DNA of 64,000 nucleotides from a virus (IMGVR_UViG_2660238657_000001:32001-96000), one strand, 5' to 3'; positions 51,604 to 61,811 are shown, counted from the stretch's first letter. Notes: generated by a model from the sequence alone, not told the origin. Numbers and translations: made by a program.

Positions 51604-52905
51604 TTAAGCAGTTACATTGTTTTCTATTGCTAGAGACTGTCTATATTCTTCGGCTTGAGCTAATTGTGTAAATTCCACAGGTTTATCAAATTCATTTTTA
51701 ACTATTTTCTCAATTTCATCTAAAGAAACTTTAAAAAATTCTTTTCTATGGTTAACTTTATTAACTTCATTACCTCTAAAAACTTCATGTAATTTAGACT
51801 CTAATTTAGGAGCATCTTCACTAAAAATCATTGCGTGTATATCAAAAGCAAAAGGCACAGATGTTCCTGATAACTCTTTAACTCTATCAGTAGGCTCTAA
51901 TCTTCTTGTCATACCTATTTTATATACATTTTCACCAAATGAGCCTATGTTTGATATTACATAAACATAACCTGCTCTAGTATTCTGTTCACGATTATAA
52001 ACATCCTCTTTATCTTTTTCCAATGATTCTAGTTGAGTTTGTAATTCTTTTATTTTCTCTTGATATTTCAATTTATTTTCTTCTGAGGCGTTAGCACATT
52101 TCAGAATTAATTCCTCTATAGCTTGTTTAAAATGTTTCTCTTCTTTTTCAATTTTTTGTTTCATTAACTCAATTTCTTTTAATACTTTTTGTTCTTCACG
52201 TATCTGTTCTTTGATTCTACGTTGTTCTTCCTTTTCTTCTTGTTTCTTCATTTCATATTCATAAGCTAAATATAATTCTTCAATTTTTAAATTTAAATAA
52301 TCATGAGTCACACTTATTTTCATTCGTACCCCTAATTTATTTAACACGTCAAAAGCTTTTTTTATTTTCTTTTCTATAGATTCTATATTGTTGAATTTGA
52401 TTTTTATTATACTTGCATCACATTCATTATTAAATGACCTAATGATAAGTTTTATATTGTCATTATTCATTTTTCTACCTTCGGCTTTACTATCATTTAA
52501 AGTCCATTCATCATAATAATTTACTGCAGTTTTATTCTTAACCATTATTTTTTGTTTGTCACGAATTTCAGATAATCTTGCCTTGTATTTCCCTGAGTCC
52601 ATTAGATTGTATTTAGGTTCATAAAAGCCGAAAGATTGTAATAATTCTTCATCTTTCAGTGTAATGATAGATTTTTGTAAATTATCAATTTGATTTTTAC
52701 ATTTAGTTTCTTCATTTTTTAAGTTATTAATTTCTTTATTTAGATCATCTTTTTTAGATATAAGTGAATCTCTTTCTTTTTTGATATCTAAATACTCTAA
52801 TTGCTCAACTGTATATTTTATTTTACTCAGTTCAGAATTTTCTTTCGTTAATCGTTCTATATCCTGTTTAAATTTTTTAATTTTAAAAATGTCAAATAAA
52901 TTCAT
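51604..52905 (-). CDS. DUF4041 plus T5orf172 (GIY-YIG-like) domain protein
   Basis: FGFYEPKY, RSFNNECD, RAGYVYVISNIGSFGENVYKIGMTRRLEP.DRV.EL. Confidence 0.9.
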   Translation of the reverse strand: MNLFDIFKIKKFKQDIERLTKENSELSKIKYTVEQLEYLDIKKERDSLISKKDDLNKEINNLKNEETKCKNQIDNLQKSIITLKDEELLQSFGFYEPKYNLMDSGKYKARLSEIRDKQKIMVKNKTAVNYYDEWTLNDSKAEGRKMNNDNIKLIIRSFNNECDASIIKIKFNNIESIEKKIKKAFDVLNKLGVRMKISVTHDYLNLKIEELYLAYEYEMKKQEEKEEQRRIKEQIREEQKVLKEIELMKQKIEKEEKHFKQAIEELILKCANASEENKLKYQEKIKELQTQLESLEKDKEDVYNREQNTRAGYVYVISNIGSFGENVYKIGMTRRLEPTDRVKELSGTSVPFAFDIHAMIFSEDAPKLESKLHEVFRGNEVNKVNHRKEFFKVSLDEIEKIVKNEFDKPVEFTQLAQAEEYRQSLAIENNVTA

Positions 52906-53153
52906 GCAATTCCCTCCAAAAGTATGTGTATATTTGTATAATTAAAAAAATACATTAGTCAATATTATGTCATATATTGTATTATTATGCAATAATTTTT
53001 ATAAATAATAACAATTATGTATGTGTATAAACAGGAAGTGATTTAATTTAATTTATATATTATATATATTATATATAACGAGTTGTCTTTTTTATGTACT
53101 CAAGCAAATAAAATACTAATTCTATAACTTGCTATCGGTCAACCGTTAATATA

Positions 53154-53182
53154 ATTATAGTATACTAACCAACATTTGTCAA
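53154..53182 (-). promoter_or_regulatory. Perfect-consensus sigma-A promoter
   Basis: TTGACA-17bp-TATAAT. Confidence 0.82.
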
Positions 53183-53303
53183 TAATTATTTTTAAAATTT
53201 TAATTTATTTTTGTTAATATTATTTTTGTCTATTTTTTAGAAAATATGTTATAATTATTATAGTAAAAATTAGAAAATAACTTAGAAATAAGGAGTTTAA
53301 TAT

Positions 53304-54809
53304 ATGCGTAATAATGAGAACAATAATGATAAAGTATATCTTGATTTCTTGCCATTTATGGCTGAAGCCTTTTCTACAAATACTAAGGCTTATAAATTAA
53401 TAGATAAAGTATATAATACAGATAAAATAAGATTTATTGAAAAAGCTAAGGAAAACAAATGGTACGATAGTGCAATGGCTAAAGAAGGCAGTATAAAACA
53501 AGAATATTATTTTAAAAAAGCTATGGGTCTACTCTTAGTAGCACAAGAAGATGAGCGTATTACGGATGAACTGTTGAATGTAATAGCTAAAGGCTGGAGA
53601 TACGCACACACATATGTTCGTCAGCACGATGTCTTAAATTTATATCATTTTATAGGTAGCTATATTAAGAAAAAACGAGGAATCGACAATGTGGTAGATG
53701 ATGAACTAAATTCAAACGGATTAATGTTAATTTTTCTTAGTACAATGTATGAAGGAAAAGTTTTAGACAAAGACGATAAACTATATAACAATGTCATTAA
53801 TACTTATTTTCAACGACTAATACATATGAAAAATGAGTGTAGAATTAACATAGACAATATATCTAAAGAGCAGAAAAAATTAATTAGAGAGTTAGAATTA
53901 AAACTAAAAAATTATAAAAAAATAAAGGTTGTACCATCATCCTATCGATTTTCTAATGAACAACAAAACGGAATGAGGATAATACCTGAAAAACTCTCTA
54001 AAGATGATAAATTTTTTAGTAGCTTCGAATATATTTTCGACTACGAAAGAATTTCTTTAATAAGTATAGTTGGCGCAGATTATTTATCTTCTAAAGAATT
54101 GCAAGAATTAATTTTTGCATACTCCCAATTTAAAACATCCGAAAATATTGATTATGACGAATTTTTAAAATATATATATCCTGCAATACAGATTCGATAT
54201 TTATGTAAAGAATATAAAAAGGCTAAAAAATATTTCTTTGAAAATTTTGATGAGCAATTATATGATGAAATTTCTAAAACTGAGAATGAAAATAGAGAAT
54301 TGAAAAAATCTAATTTATTATTGCAAGATGAAAATGAAAAACTAAAGCAAGAAATTGAATTATTAAAGAGTAAAAATAATAAACTACAAGATGAAAATAA
54401 TAAATTCAGCACTAGTAAAAGTGAGTTATTCGCATTAAGAAATTTTGTATTCGAACAGTCTGTAAAAGATGATAATAATGCTATAGAGTCTAATACAAAT
54501 AATATAGATATATCTGCATTAAATAGTATTAAAGGTGTTGTAATTGGTGGTAGAAACAATCTACAACAAAAACTAAAAGAAATGTTGTCTAATTGGAACT
54601 TTATATCTGTGGACACTTTAAATTTTGATGTAGATATACTTAAAAATGCAGATTATATATTCTTGAATGTAAATGTATTAAGCCATGCTATGTATTATAA
54701 AGTAACTGAAATAACTAATAAAATTGATAAGAATATTTATTTCTTAAACAATAATAATATTGATATTTGTTTGGAAGGTATTTATTCTAAAATTTCTATG
54801 CAAAAATAA
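53304..54809 (+). CDS. Coiled-coil protein with C-terminal DUF2325-like domain
   Basis: VVIGG, ADYIFL....LSHAMY. Confidence 0.72.
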   Translation: MRNNENNNDKVYLDFLPFMAEAFSTNTKAYKLIDKVYNTDKIRFIEKAKENKWYDSAMAKEGSIKQEYYFKKAMGLLLVAQEDERITDELLNVIAKGWRYAHTYVRQHDVLNLYHFIGSYIKKKRGIDNVVDDELNSNGLMLIFLSTMYEGKVLDKDDKLYNNVINTYFQRLIHMKNECRINIDNISKEQKKLIRELELKLKNYKKIKVVPSSYRFSNEQQNGMRIIPEKLSKDDKFFSSFEYIFDYERISLISIVGADYLSSKELQELIFAYSQFKTSENIDYDEFLKYIYPAIQIRYLCKEYKKAKKYFFENFDEQLYDEISKTENENRELKKSNLLLQDENEKLKQEIELLKSKNNKLQDENNKFSTSKSELFALRNFVFEQSVKDDNNAIESNTNNIDISALNSIKGVVIGGRNNLQQKLKEMLSNWNFISVDTLNFDVDILKNADYIFLNVNVLSHAMYYKVTEITNKIDKNIYFLNNNNIDICLEGIYSKISMQK

Positions 54810-54883
54810 ACAATATTTGTTTGATAAAAAACAATAATCTCCTTATAATATAAATTACAATATTTGATGAGGAGGTTTTTTAT

Positions 54884-55069
54884 ATGAGTAGTTATGAATT
54901 TAAAGAAGAAGATTTTTATTGTCATAAATGTGGAGCAGAGGGTAAATCTGTGCATCCTGATTATTTTCAAAAAGATCACGGAGTTGAAATGTCTATCTTT
55001 TGTGAGGAATGTGGGTACAATAGAGTAGTTGATTTTGCAACAAACGAGGAAATAATGAACGAAGATTAA
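54884..55069 (+). CDS. Small Zn-ribbon protein
   Basis: CHKCG...CEECG, AGGAGG RBS. Confidence 0.7.
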   Translation: MSSYEFKEEDFYCHKCGAEGKSVHPDYFQKDHGVEMSIFCEECGYNRVVDFATNEEIMNED

Positions 55070-55099
55070 TTTATTAAAATATAATTTTTATAGAAAATG

Positions 55100-55132
55100 A
55101 AAAGGATAGATTCCTAATTAATCTATCCTTTT
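55100..55132. terminator. Bidirectional terminator between convergent genes
   Basis: AAAAGGATAGATT...AATCTATCCTTTT. Confidence 0.7.
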
Positions 55133-55173
55133 CTTATGTATAATTTATTTTTAATTTTATTATTTAATATGCA

Positions 55174-55974
55174 TTAACAACAAAATCCTATATGCTCTTT
55201 TTCTAATCCATCTATGAATGAATGCACAGCATTAAATTTACCAATTGAAATATCCTCCCATGCAATCACTCCAAATTCTTTGAATAACTTATTTTTAGCC
55301 TTTTCATAAATATTATCTTTAGCAGTTATTTTACATCCTGTTAAATCTTTTAATTTATCTTTTAATTCACTAACCAACATTCTAGTATTCTTGGTTCTTA
55401 ATCCGATTAATTGAGCAGTTTGTTCTATCTGTTGATCCTTAATTATAATAGAATCTTTTACAATTTCTTTAACTTCACCTTTTGTTTGTTCTTTAATTTG
55501 TTGAAATTGGATAGTTGTGTTTTTCATAAATTGAGCCATTGTAGTTGCTATTTGCTCAATATTTTGTGCAAAGAACATAGCTTGATTACCTTGTACTAGT
55601 GAGTTTTGATTTTTAATTTTTTCTTCCATTTCGTTGAATCTTTCAACATACTTTGCGGTAAATAATATTCCCTTTTCACCTTGTTGTTTATTTCCTATCA
55701 TTTCACAGCCCATTTTAGTGCAGAGATAACATACATACTCTCTAGTACCTGATTTATATGTAGATTTTATAAAATATCTTGATAAATCAAAATTTGATTT
55801 TTGTAAAATAGGTATAATTCCTAAGCTTTTTCCATCTTTTGAACCATTTAAATCTTTTAATAATGCACTATGAGATTTGCCAACCATCTCAGCAACTTCT
55901 CTACTATCAATAGTTAATTCCTTATTATTTAATGCTTGCACTTGATTATTTTCCATATATATAAAACCTCCCAT
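55174..55974 (-). CDS. Rha-family phage regulatory protein
   Basis: IDSREVAEMVGK.H, YFIKSTY, CY..TK.GC, G.KG..FTAKYVERFNEME. Confidence 0.9.
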   Translation of the reverse strand: MGGFIYMENNQVQALNNKELTIDSREVAEMVGKSHSALLKDLNGSKDGKSLGIIPILQKSNFDLSRYFIKSTYKSGTREYVCYLCTKMGCEMIGNKQQGEKGILFTAKYVERFNEMEEKIKNQNSLVQGNQAMFFAQNIEQIATTMAQFMKNTTIQFQQIKEQTKGEVKEIVKDSIIIKDQQIEQTAQLIGLRTKNTRMLVSELKDKLKDLTGCKITAKDNIYEKAKNKLFKEFGVIAWEDISIGKFNAVHSFIDGLEKEHIGFCC

Positions 55975-56017
55975 AATTTTTATTCTGTTTTATGTGTTTT
56001 AATTAATTTGTATAAAT

Positions 56018-57700
56018 TTATTTAATTATCCACCCATCTTGTTTTAATAATTTTTTGATTAAATCTTTAAATATGTAATTTTTACTGCAAATATAATCAT
56101 AATTTACCCATACATCTCCACTAAGCTCTTTCTTATTATCTTCGGTGAAGAACCCAAAAGTCGTATCGTATAAACTATTATTGGTTATAATTTTGCCAAA
56201 CCATTGTGATTTTGCTCGGTCTTGCCGTTCTTCATTTTTATTTTTTCTACACTTTTCATGTTGTACTGTATAACCTTCTAAAATTATTTTAACTTTTTCA
56301 AATATATCAAAATTATTTATTTCCCATACTTTATTAACTAGAAAAGGATATTTAATCTTAATCCAATTTTTCTCCTCAAACTTATCAATTCCATGAAATT
56401 TGTTACATAGATTTAACAATTGATTATTTATTCCAATAAACTCTAAACTTTTCCCACTGCAATTAGTTAATATGTAAATATTCTTAGTCCATTCCATACG
56501 TTCTTTTTCTTGCAACTCTTTTTCTTTTAATATTTTTAATTCTCTTATTTGCTTTTCATCATTTTTACTAACCTCATAAGATTCACCATCACAAGATAAT
56601 AAATCACGCTTGATTTTATCTAAATATATAAGTTCATCGTTGTCGCATTCCAAACACACTTGTACTTTTTTACTTTTGTCTTTAGTTGAGTATTCTGTTA
56701 GTTGCCAAGTTGACACATCTTTATTACAACAGTAGCATTTAGCTGTTTCTACATCTGGATTATATTCCGCTACGTCTTCTAATTCTCCAATATGCAACGT
56801 TCCATATAATCCATCCGTAAAACTTGATGAATAATTTATATAATGCTTATTTTGACATATCTTAAGTTGTTCAATAATTCCTTTAAATTGCCTATCTAGC
56901 TTATCTGTCTTATCTAACTTGCAATAGATGGTTGGTTTAGTTTGTTTACATTTCTGAAATACGCATAATACAGTACCAACTCCTGTACCAGTTATTCCTG
57001 CATTAGCAAAAGTATCTTGATCCAATTCCATACAGAATAACAAGGAGTATCTTTCTTTTAAATAATCTCTTAATTTCCCCGTACCATTACCCTTAAAACA
57101 AAAGCCTTGAGGTAATACTAATGCTATATATCCATTTTCTTTACATACTTTAAAAGATTTATCTACAAAAGCATCTACAATTTGATTTTTCTTTATTTTA
57201 CCCTTGTTATTATTCCATTCACACATATAAGGAATACTACCAACGAATGGTGGATTTCCTATTATACAATCATAATAATCTTCTGGAATATCATAATTTA
57301 AGGTATCACAATTGCTATAATACTTGACTTGTTCATAATCTTCCCACGCTTTAGCTCCTGCTAATGAATTATTTTCATCTAATTCGTACATATCAAAAGC
57401 CACATTATCCTTTAATTGTCCATATTCCTCTGTCAATGGAACACACATATTTCCTATTCCTGCACTTAAATCAGCCACTTTCATGTTGTCTTTTATATCT
57501 AATAACTGGCATATAAAATTACATACAGGAATAGGTGTAAAGAACGAATTATTGTCTTTGGATAAACCAACATATTGCTTTAGAATATTTTCTTTATCTT
57601 CCTTGCTGAATTCTTTTCCTTCTTTAATATTTTTAATAATTTCCAATGAGTAGTGGACACTTTCCAATACCCCTTTATTCCCTTTGGTTTTCTTAACCAT
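56018..57700 (-). CDS. N6-adenine DNA methyltransferase with extra C-terminal domain
   Basis: FFTP, DLSAGIG, GNPPF, G.IALVLP; C-terminal CYCC/CLEC. Confidence 0.85.
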   Translation of the reverse strand: MVKKTKGNKGVLESVHYSLEIIKNIKEGKEFSKEDKENILKQYVGLSKDNNSFFTPIPVCNFICQLLDIKDNMKVADLSAGIGNMCVPLTEEYGQLKDNVAFDMYELDENNSLAGAKAWEDYEQVKYYSNCDTLNYDIPEDYYDCIIGNPPFVGSIPYMCEWNNNKGKIKKNQIVDAFVDKSFKVCKENGYIALVLPQGFCFKGNGTGKLRDYLKERYSLLFCMELDQDTFANAGITGTGVGTVLCVFQKCKQTKPTIYCKLDKTDKLDRQFKGIIEQLKICQNKHYINYSSSFTDGLYGTLHIGELEDVAEYNPDVETAKCYCCNKDVSTWQLTEYSTKDKSKKVQVCLECDNDELIYLDKIKRDLLSCDGESYEVSKNDEKQIRELKILKEKELQEKERMEWTKNIYILTNCSGKSLEFIGINNQLLNLCNKFHGIDKFEEKNWIKIKYPFLVNKVWEINNFDIFEKVKIILEGYTVQHEKCRKNKNEERQDRAKSQWFGKIITNNSLYDTTFGFFTEDNKKELSGDVWVNYDYICSKNYIFKDLIKKLLKQDGWIIK

Positions 57701-57876
57701 AAAAGCCTCCTATATAATTTTATTTTAATTTATACTTATTTTAATTTTAATATAGTTTATACAACTTTATTTATATATTTATTTTTATCTTTTAATCTAC
57801 ATACATAACAATCCTGTTCACTTTCATATCTTCTAAAATGTCTGCTTACTTTATCTAAGATTCTTTTTAACATATC

Positions 57877-58059
57877 CTACACCTCATTTTTATAAGCTTT
57901 TACAAACTGCGTATAGTTGAATTTTTCTTTTATATCTTCTAATAAATCCAAATCTTTAATATCTTCTAAAGTCAACTCTCTTAAAAATTTACCTATATAA
58001 ATATACATATATCCATATTGATCTTGAAGTATATTCATTTTATCACCTGCATTTCTCAT
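57877..58059 (-). CDS. Hypothetical protein
   Basis: Short ORF with RBS before MNILQ. Confidence 0.5.
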   Translation of the reverse strand: MRNAGDKMNILQDQYGYMYIYIGKFLRELTLEDIKDLDLLEDIKEKFNYTQFVKAYKNEV

Positions 58060-58061
58060 TA

Positions 58062-58298
58062 TTATATGTAATTAACGCAGTCGCTTCCTATATGAAAAAA
58101 TCCATATATTAACAAAGTAAATAATGATAATCCTACAGGTAAACCTAAAAACTTATATAATACATCTTTAGTTTTTTCAGTAGCCACTATTCTTTTCCTA
58201 ATTTTATATCTCCTTGCCACTTTCTTACCTCTTTTATTAAATCCCTTAGCGTCTATTGGTAGTGGGTAATAATTTTCTTGTAGTTTTAAAGCCCCCAT
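58062..58298 (-). CDS. Small membrane protein
   Basis: AGGAGG RBS, C-terminal TM helix. Confidence 0.6.
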   Translation of the reverse strand: MGALKLQENYYPLPIDAKGFNKRGKKVARRYKIRKRIVATEKTKDVLYKFLGLPVGLSLFTLLIYGFFHIGSDCVNYI

Positions 58299-58498
58299 AA
58301 TTAAATCCTCCTTATTATTATAAATTTAATTAATTTTTATTAAAATGTGTATTAAATACTTCAATTAACCCTTAAATACATTATATACCTATGAATATAT
58401 TTTTTCAATAGATTTTATAAAAATATTTTAATTTATTTTTATTTAAAAATACTTTATTTATTGTACTTTATAGAGTATAATAATAGATGAGGTGAAAA

Positions 58499-58723
58499 AT
58501 GATGATTATAGTAAAACTATTAGATTTAATAAAAGAAAGAGGTATAAGCCTACGATCTGTAGCAATAGAGACAGGGATGTCTTATAATACCTTGCACAAA
58601 TTAGCACATAATAAAACTAATTCTATAGCTTATGCAACTATAATACAATTATGTAAATTCTTTAATTGTAGAATAGAAGACGTAATTGAATACATTGAAT
58701 ACGTAGATATAGATGAAAACTAG
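58499..58723 (+). CDS. XRE/Cro-C1 HTH transcriptional regulator (divergent)
   Basis: L..RGIS...VA..TG.S..TL..L......I....I..LC.FF.C.I.D. Confidence 0.9.
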   Translation: MMIIVKLLDLIKERGISLRSVAIETGMSYNTLHKLAHNKTNSIAYATIIQLCKFFNCRIEDVIEYIEYVDIDEN

Positions 58724-58871
58724 GAAATTGCTTCCTAGTTTTATTTTTTTATCTATTATATTATTTTTTTTGAAAAATTTACTCTGAAATGCTCTCTTAT
58801 GCTCCTATTTACTCCGTTTTTCAACCTTAAAATCACCATAAAATCATACTTTTAAACACTTTTAGTATATT

Positions 58872-59201
58872 TTAATCAATAAAAATATTTATATTAAGAT
58901 TGATTTTCCAAAGTGTGCTCCTGAAGTCTTCATGAATTAATAGATTTGCGTCCTCTAACTGTTTAAGATATCGAGATAAAGATGGTCTTGGAATATTTAA
59001 TTTTTCTGCTGTTCGCTCTAATTTTAATATGACCCATTCGTCTATACCTTTTTGAAGTTGAATAGGTATAAAGAATTCTAAAAAATCAATTAAATTTGGT
59101 TTTAGTTTATACCGTTTAATAAAATTTGAACTAAAAAATACTCTATATTCATTATCAAAATTTTTAATATAAATATTTGGTATACATACCACCTTAATCA
59201 C
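58872..59201 (-). CDS. Winged-helix paralog 6 of the tandem array
   Basis: EW.ILK...AE.L.IPRPSLSRYLK.L...NLLIHEDFRSTLWK. Confidence 0.85.
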   Translation of the reverse strand: MIKVVCIPNIYIKNFDNEYRVFFSSNFIKRYKLKPNLIDFLEFFIPIQLQKGIDEWVILKLERTAEKLNIPRPSLSRYLKQLEDANLLIHEDFRSTLWKINLNINIFID

Positions 59202-59215
59202 ATTCTCCCTAATTT

Positions 59216-59548
59216 TTATTTTATCGTTACTTCGATAATATTAGAATTTATCTTCCAAAGATTACTTCTGAACCTTTCTTGAATTAAAATATTTGTATCC
59301 TTTAACTTTTTAAACCAATTATTGACCGTTATTCTTGGAATGTTCAGCTGTTTAGATACATCATCAAGCCGTAATATCATCCATTCGTTTAGCCCTTTTT
59401 GAAGTTGTAAAGGTATTAAATATTGTATAAAGTTCATTTCAGATGTATTCAAACTGAATTTTTTAGTATAATCTGTGTTTACACATATTGCCCTCTTTCC
59501 ATTAAACTCTATCACATAAATAGCCTTCATTTCTTCCATATGTAACAA
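59216..59548 (-). CDS. Winged-helix paralog 5
   Basis: IPRITVNNWFKKL..NILIQERFRSNLWK. Confidence 0.85.
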   Translation of the reverse strand: MLHMEEMKAIYVIEFNGKRAICVNTDYTKKFSLNTSEMNFIQYLIPLQLQKGLNEWMILRLDDVSKQLNIPRITVNNWFKKLKDTNILIQERFRSNLWKINSNIIEVTIK

Positions 59549-59580
59549 CTCCTTACCTATAATTAAATAATATATCAGTC

Positions 59581-59910
59581 CTATCTCGAGGAAATCTCGT
59601 ATATTTCAATATTATTATTAAATTTCCAAAGCGTACTTCTAAAATCTTCATGGATAAGTATGTTCTTTTGCTCCAACTTCTTCAACCACTTTGATATAGT
59701 TCCCTTTGTTACTCCCAAGTCTTCTGACACTTCATCAAATTTAATTATGATCCAATCATTTAAATTGCTTGTATAATATTTAAAAACAATATAATAAATA
59801 AATCCTACTTCGCTACTATTCAATTTATAGCTTAATATAAATTTTGCATCAATTAATATTGATTTTTTTACATTATTCAACTCCACAATATATATACCCT
59901 TAGTATTCAT
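59581..59910 (-). CDS. Winged-helix paralog 4
   Basis: VTKGTISKWLKKL..NILIHEDFRSTLWK. Confidence 0.85.
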   Translation of the reverse strand: MNTKGIYIVELNNVKKSILIDAKFILSYKLNSSEVGFIYYIVFKYYTSNLNDWIIIKFDEVSEDLGVTKGTISKWLKKLEQKNILIHEDFRSTLWKFNNNIEIYEISSR

Positions 59911-59922
59911 AATAAAACCCTC

Positions 59923-60261
59923 TTATTCTAAAGCTAGTTTGTTGTTACAACAAATCATAGTCGAATCCAATTTCCATAATGGACTTCTAAAGTCTTCATG
60001 TATTAATAGATTTGTTTTTTCTAATTTCTTTAGCCACTTACACACTGTTGCTTTACTTGCTTGCAAATCTTCACAAATATCATCTAATTTGAATATCATC
60101 CAACCACCTAAAATAGAATTAGGATATTGTTTGGGTATAATGTAATTTAAAAATCCTGCTTCACTTCTATTAATATTGTTTTTGGCTAACCATTTTGCAT
60201 TTAAAAATACTGATTTTTTAACTTTACTAATTTCTAATACATATACTATTTTAGTATCCAT
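59923..60261 (-). CDS. Winged-helix paralog 3
   Basis: ASKATVCKWLKKL..NLLIHEDFRSPLWK. Confidence 0.85.
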   Translation of the reverse strand: MDTKIVYVLEISKVKKSVFLNAKWLAKNNINRSEAGFLNYIIPKQYPNSILGGWMIFKLDDICEDLQASKATVCKWLKKLEKTNLLIHEDFRSPLWKLDSTMICCNNKLALE

Positions 60262-60270
60262 AACAATCTC

Positions 60271-60615
60271 CTACTTATATTTCTCTTGATAACAAATCAT
60301 ATTTGGGTTAAGCTTAAAAAGTGGACTTCTAAAGTCTTCTTGAATAAGTATATTGCTTTGTTTTAGCTTTTGCATATATCTAGCTAATGTTGGTCTTGGA
60401 ATATCAAATTGTTCTGACATATCATCAACTTTCAAAATCATCCAATCATCGAATCCTTTTGCAATTTGCAGAGATATCAGCTTTTCAATAAATACTGTTT
60501 CAGGTGGTTTTAATTTAAAATCATTTATAAAACTTATATTTAAAAAACTTGTAATTCGCTTATTTGTTCTCAATATATAAATGGCTTTAATGTTCATAAC
60601 GGCGTCACCTATCAA
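60271..60615 (-). CDS. Winged-helix paralog 2
   Basis: IPRPTLARYMQKL..NILIQEDFRSPLFK. Confidence 0.85.
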   Translation of the reverse strand: MIGDAVMNIKAIYILRTNKRITSFLNISFINDFKLKPPETVFIEKLISLQIAKGFDDWMILKVDDMSEQFDIPRPTLARYMQKLKQSNILIQEDFRSPLFKLNPNMICYQEKYK

Positions 60616-60944
60616 ACCATCTTCTCGGAAAATATCATTTTAGCATTCATCTTCCATAATACACTTCTAAAATCTTCTTGAACTAAAACATTCTTATTTT
60701 TTAAGCTTTGTAACAATCTTGATACTGTAGTTTTAGGAATATCAAATTCTTCGGCAATGTTATCTAATTTGATAATTATCCATTCATCTAATCCTTTTAC
60801 CATTTGTAAAGGTATTATTTTTTTAATGAAGTTCATTTCACTGGGGTTTAATTGTAGTTTTTTAGCAAAATCTAAATTTAAAAAACCAATGAATCTATCT
60901 TGTATTTGTATTATATAAATACCTTTATCCATAATATTATTCAT
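60612..60944 (-). CDS. Winged-helix paralog 1
   Basis: IPKTTVSRLLQSL..NVLVQEDFRSVLWK. Confidence 0.85.
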   Translation of the reverse strand: MNNIMDKGIYIIQIQDRFIGFLNLDFAKKLQLNPSEMNFIKKIIPLQMVKGLDEWIIIKLDNIAEEFDIPKTTVSRLLQSLKNKNVLVQEDFRSVLWKMNAKMIFSEKMV

Positions 60945-60982
60945 AGTAAATTACCCTCTATCGCTTAATTTATATAAATATT

Positions 60983-61011
60983 ACTATACCGCATATTGGT
61001 ATTTAAGTCAA
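60983..61011 (-). promoter_or_regulatory. Promoter of the six-paralog operon
   Basis: TTGACT-17bp-TATAGT. Confidence 0.65.
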
Positions 61012-61097
61012 AATATTTAATATAAGATTTAATATTACTGTTTATTAACAAGAGTTTGCCTATTAAAATGGATTAAATACTTTTTAATTAAATTATA

Positions 61098-61811
61098 TTA
61101 TACTTCAACAACATTAAATCCTTCTGATTTAGCTTTATCTGTTAATTCTTCACAATCTAAATGCATACAATGTACTTTACTTCTAAAGTCCTTTGGTACG
61201 GCTTCACATAATTTATTTAAAGATAAATGCACATTCCCCTCATAATCACCTAAGCAAGTATCTTGGTAAAATTCACTTATACTACCAGTAATTAATGCTT
61301 TTAATATCCCTTTATTTACTTTATTTGTATCTCCACTATAATAAATATTAGTATCGTAATTATTAGAATTAAGCATAAGTGTAATACCATAACAATTAAT
61401 ATCTTTAATATGTTTTGTTAATCTATATTGTACAATTGTATTTTTATTAATACTAAAGAAATTATCTTTTTCAACTAAATGAAAGTTGAATTCTTCATCA
61501 GTATTACCATTTAATATTAATAGATTATATAAATCTTTATTTGGATAATAAATATTAACTTCAAATTCTTTCACATAATAACAATAGTATATTAGACTAC
61601 TTAAACTCCCTACATGATCACTATGTAAATGCGTAATTAATACATTAACTGTATGTACATCATCTAACAATTTTCGTTTTTGAATTTCCTTAAAGACAGT
61701 TTCTCCACAGTCAATTAATAATAACTCATTATTATCTTTAATATAAGCACTTGTATTTCCTTCATTTTGATTAAACGCACTTCCCCTACCTAAAAATTTT
61801 AATGTTTGCAT
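61098..61811 (-). CDS. Metallo-beta-lactamase-fold hydrolase (RNase Z/Apyc1-like)
   Basis: LG.GSAF, LIDCG, THLHSDH, H, YSGDT, VH.S, MH.D. Confidence 0.88.
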   Translation of the reverse strand: MQTLKFLGRGSAFNQNEGNTSAYIKDNNELLLIDCGETVFKEIQKRKLLDDVHTVNVLITHLHSDHVGSLSSLIYYCYYVKEFEVNIYYPNKDLYNLLILNGNTDEEFNFHLVEKDNFFSINKNTIVQYRLTKHIKDINCYGITLMLNSNNYDTNIYYSGDTNKVNKGILKALITGSISEFYQDTCLGDYEGNVHLSLNKLCEAVPKDFRSKVHCMHLDCEELTDKAKSEGFNVVEV

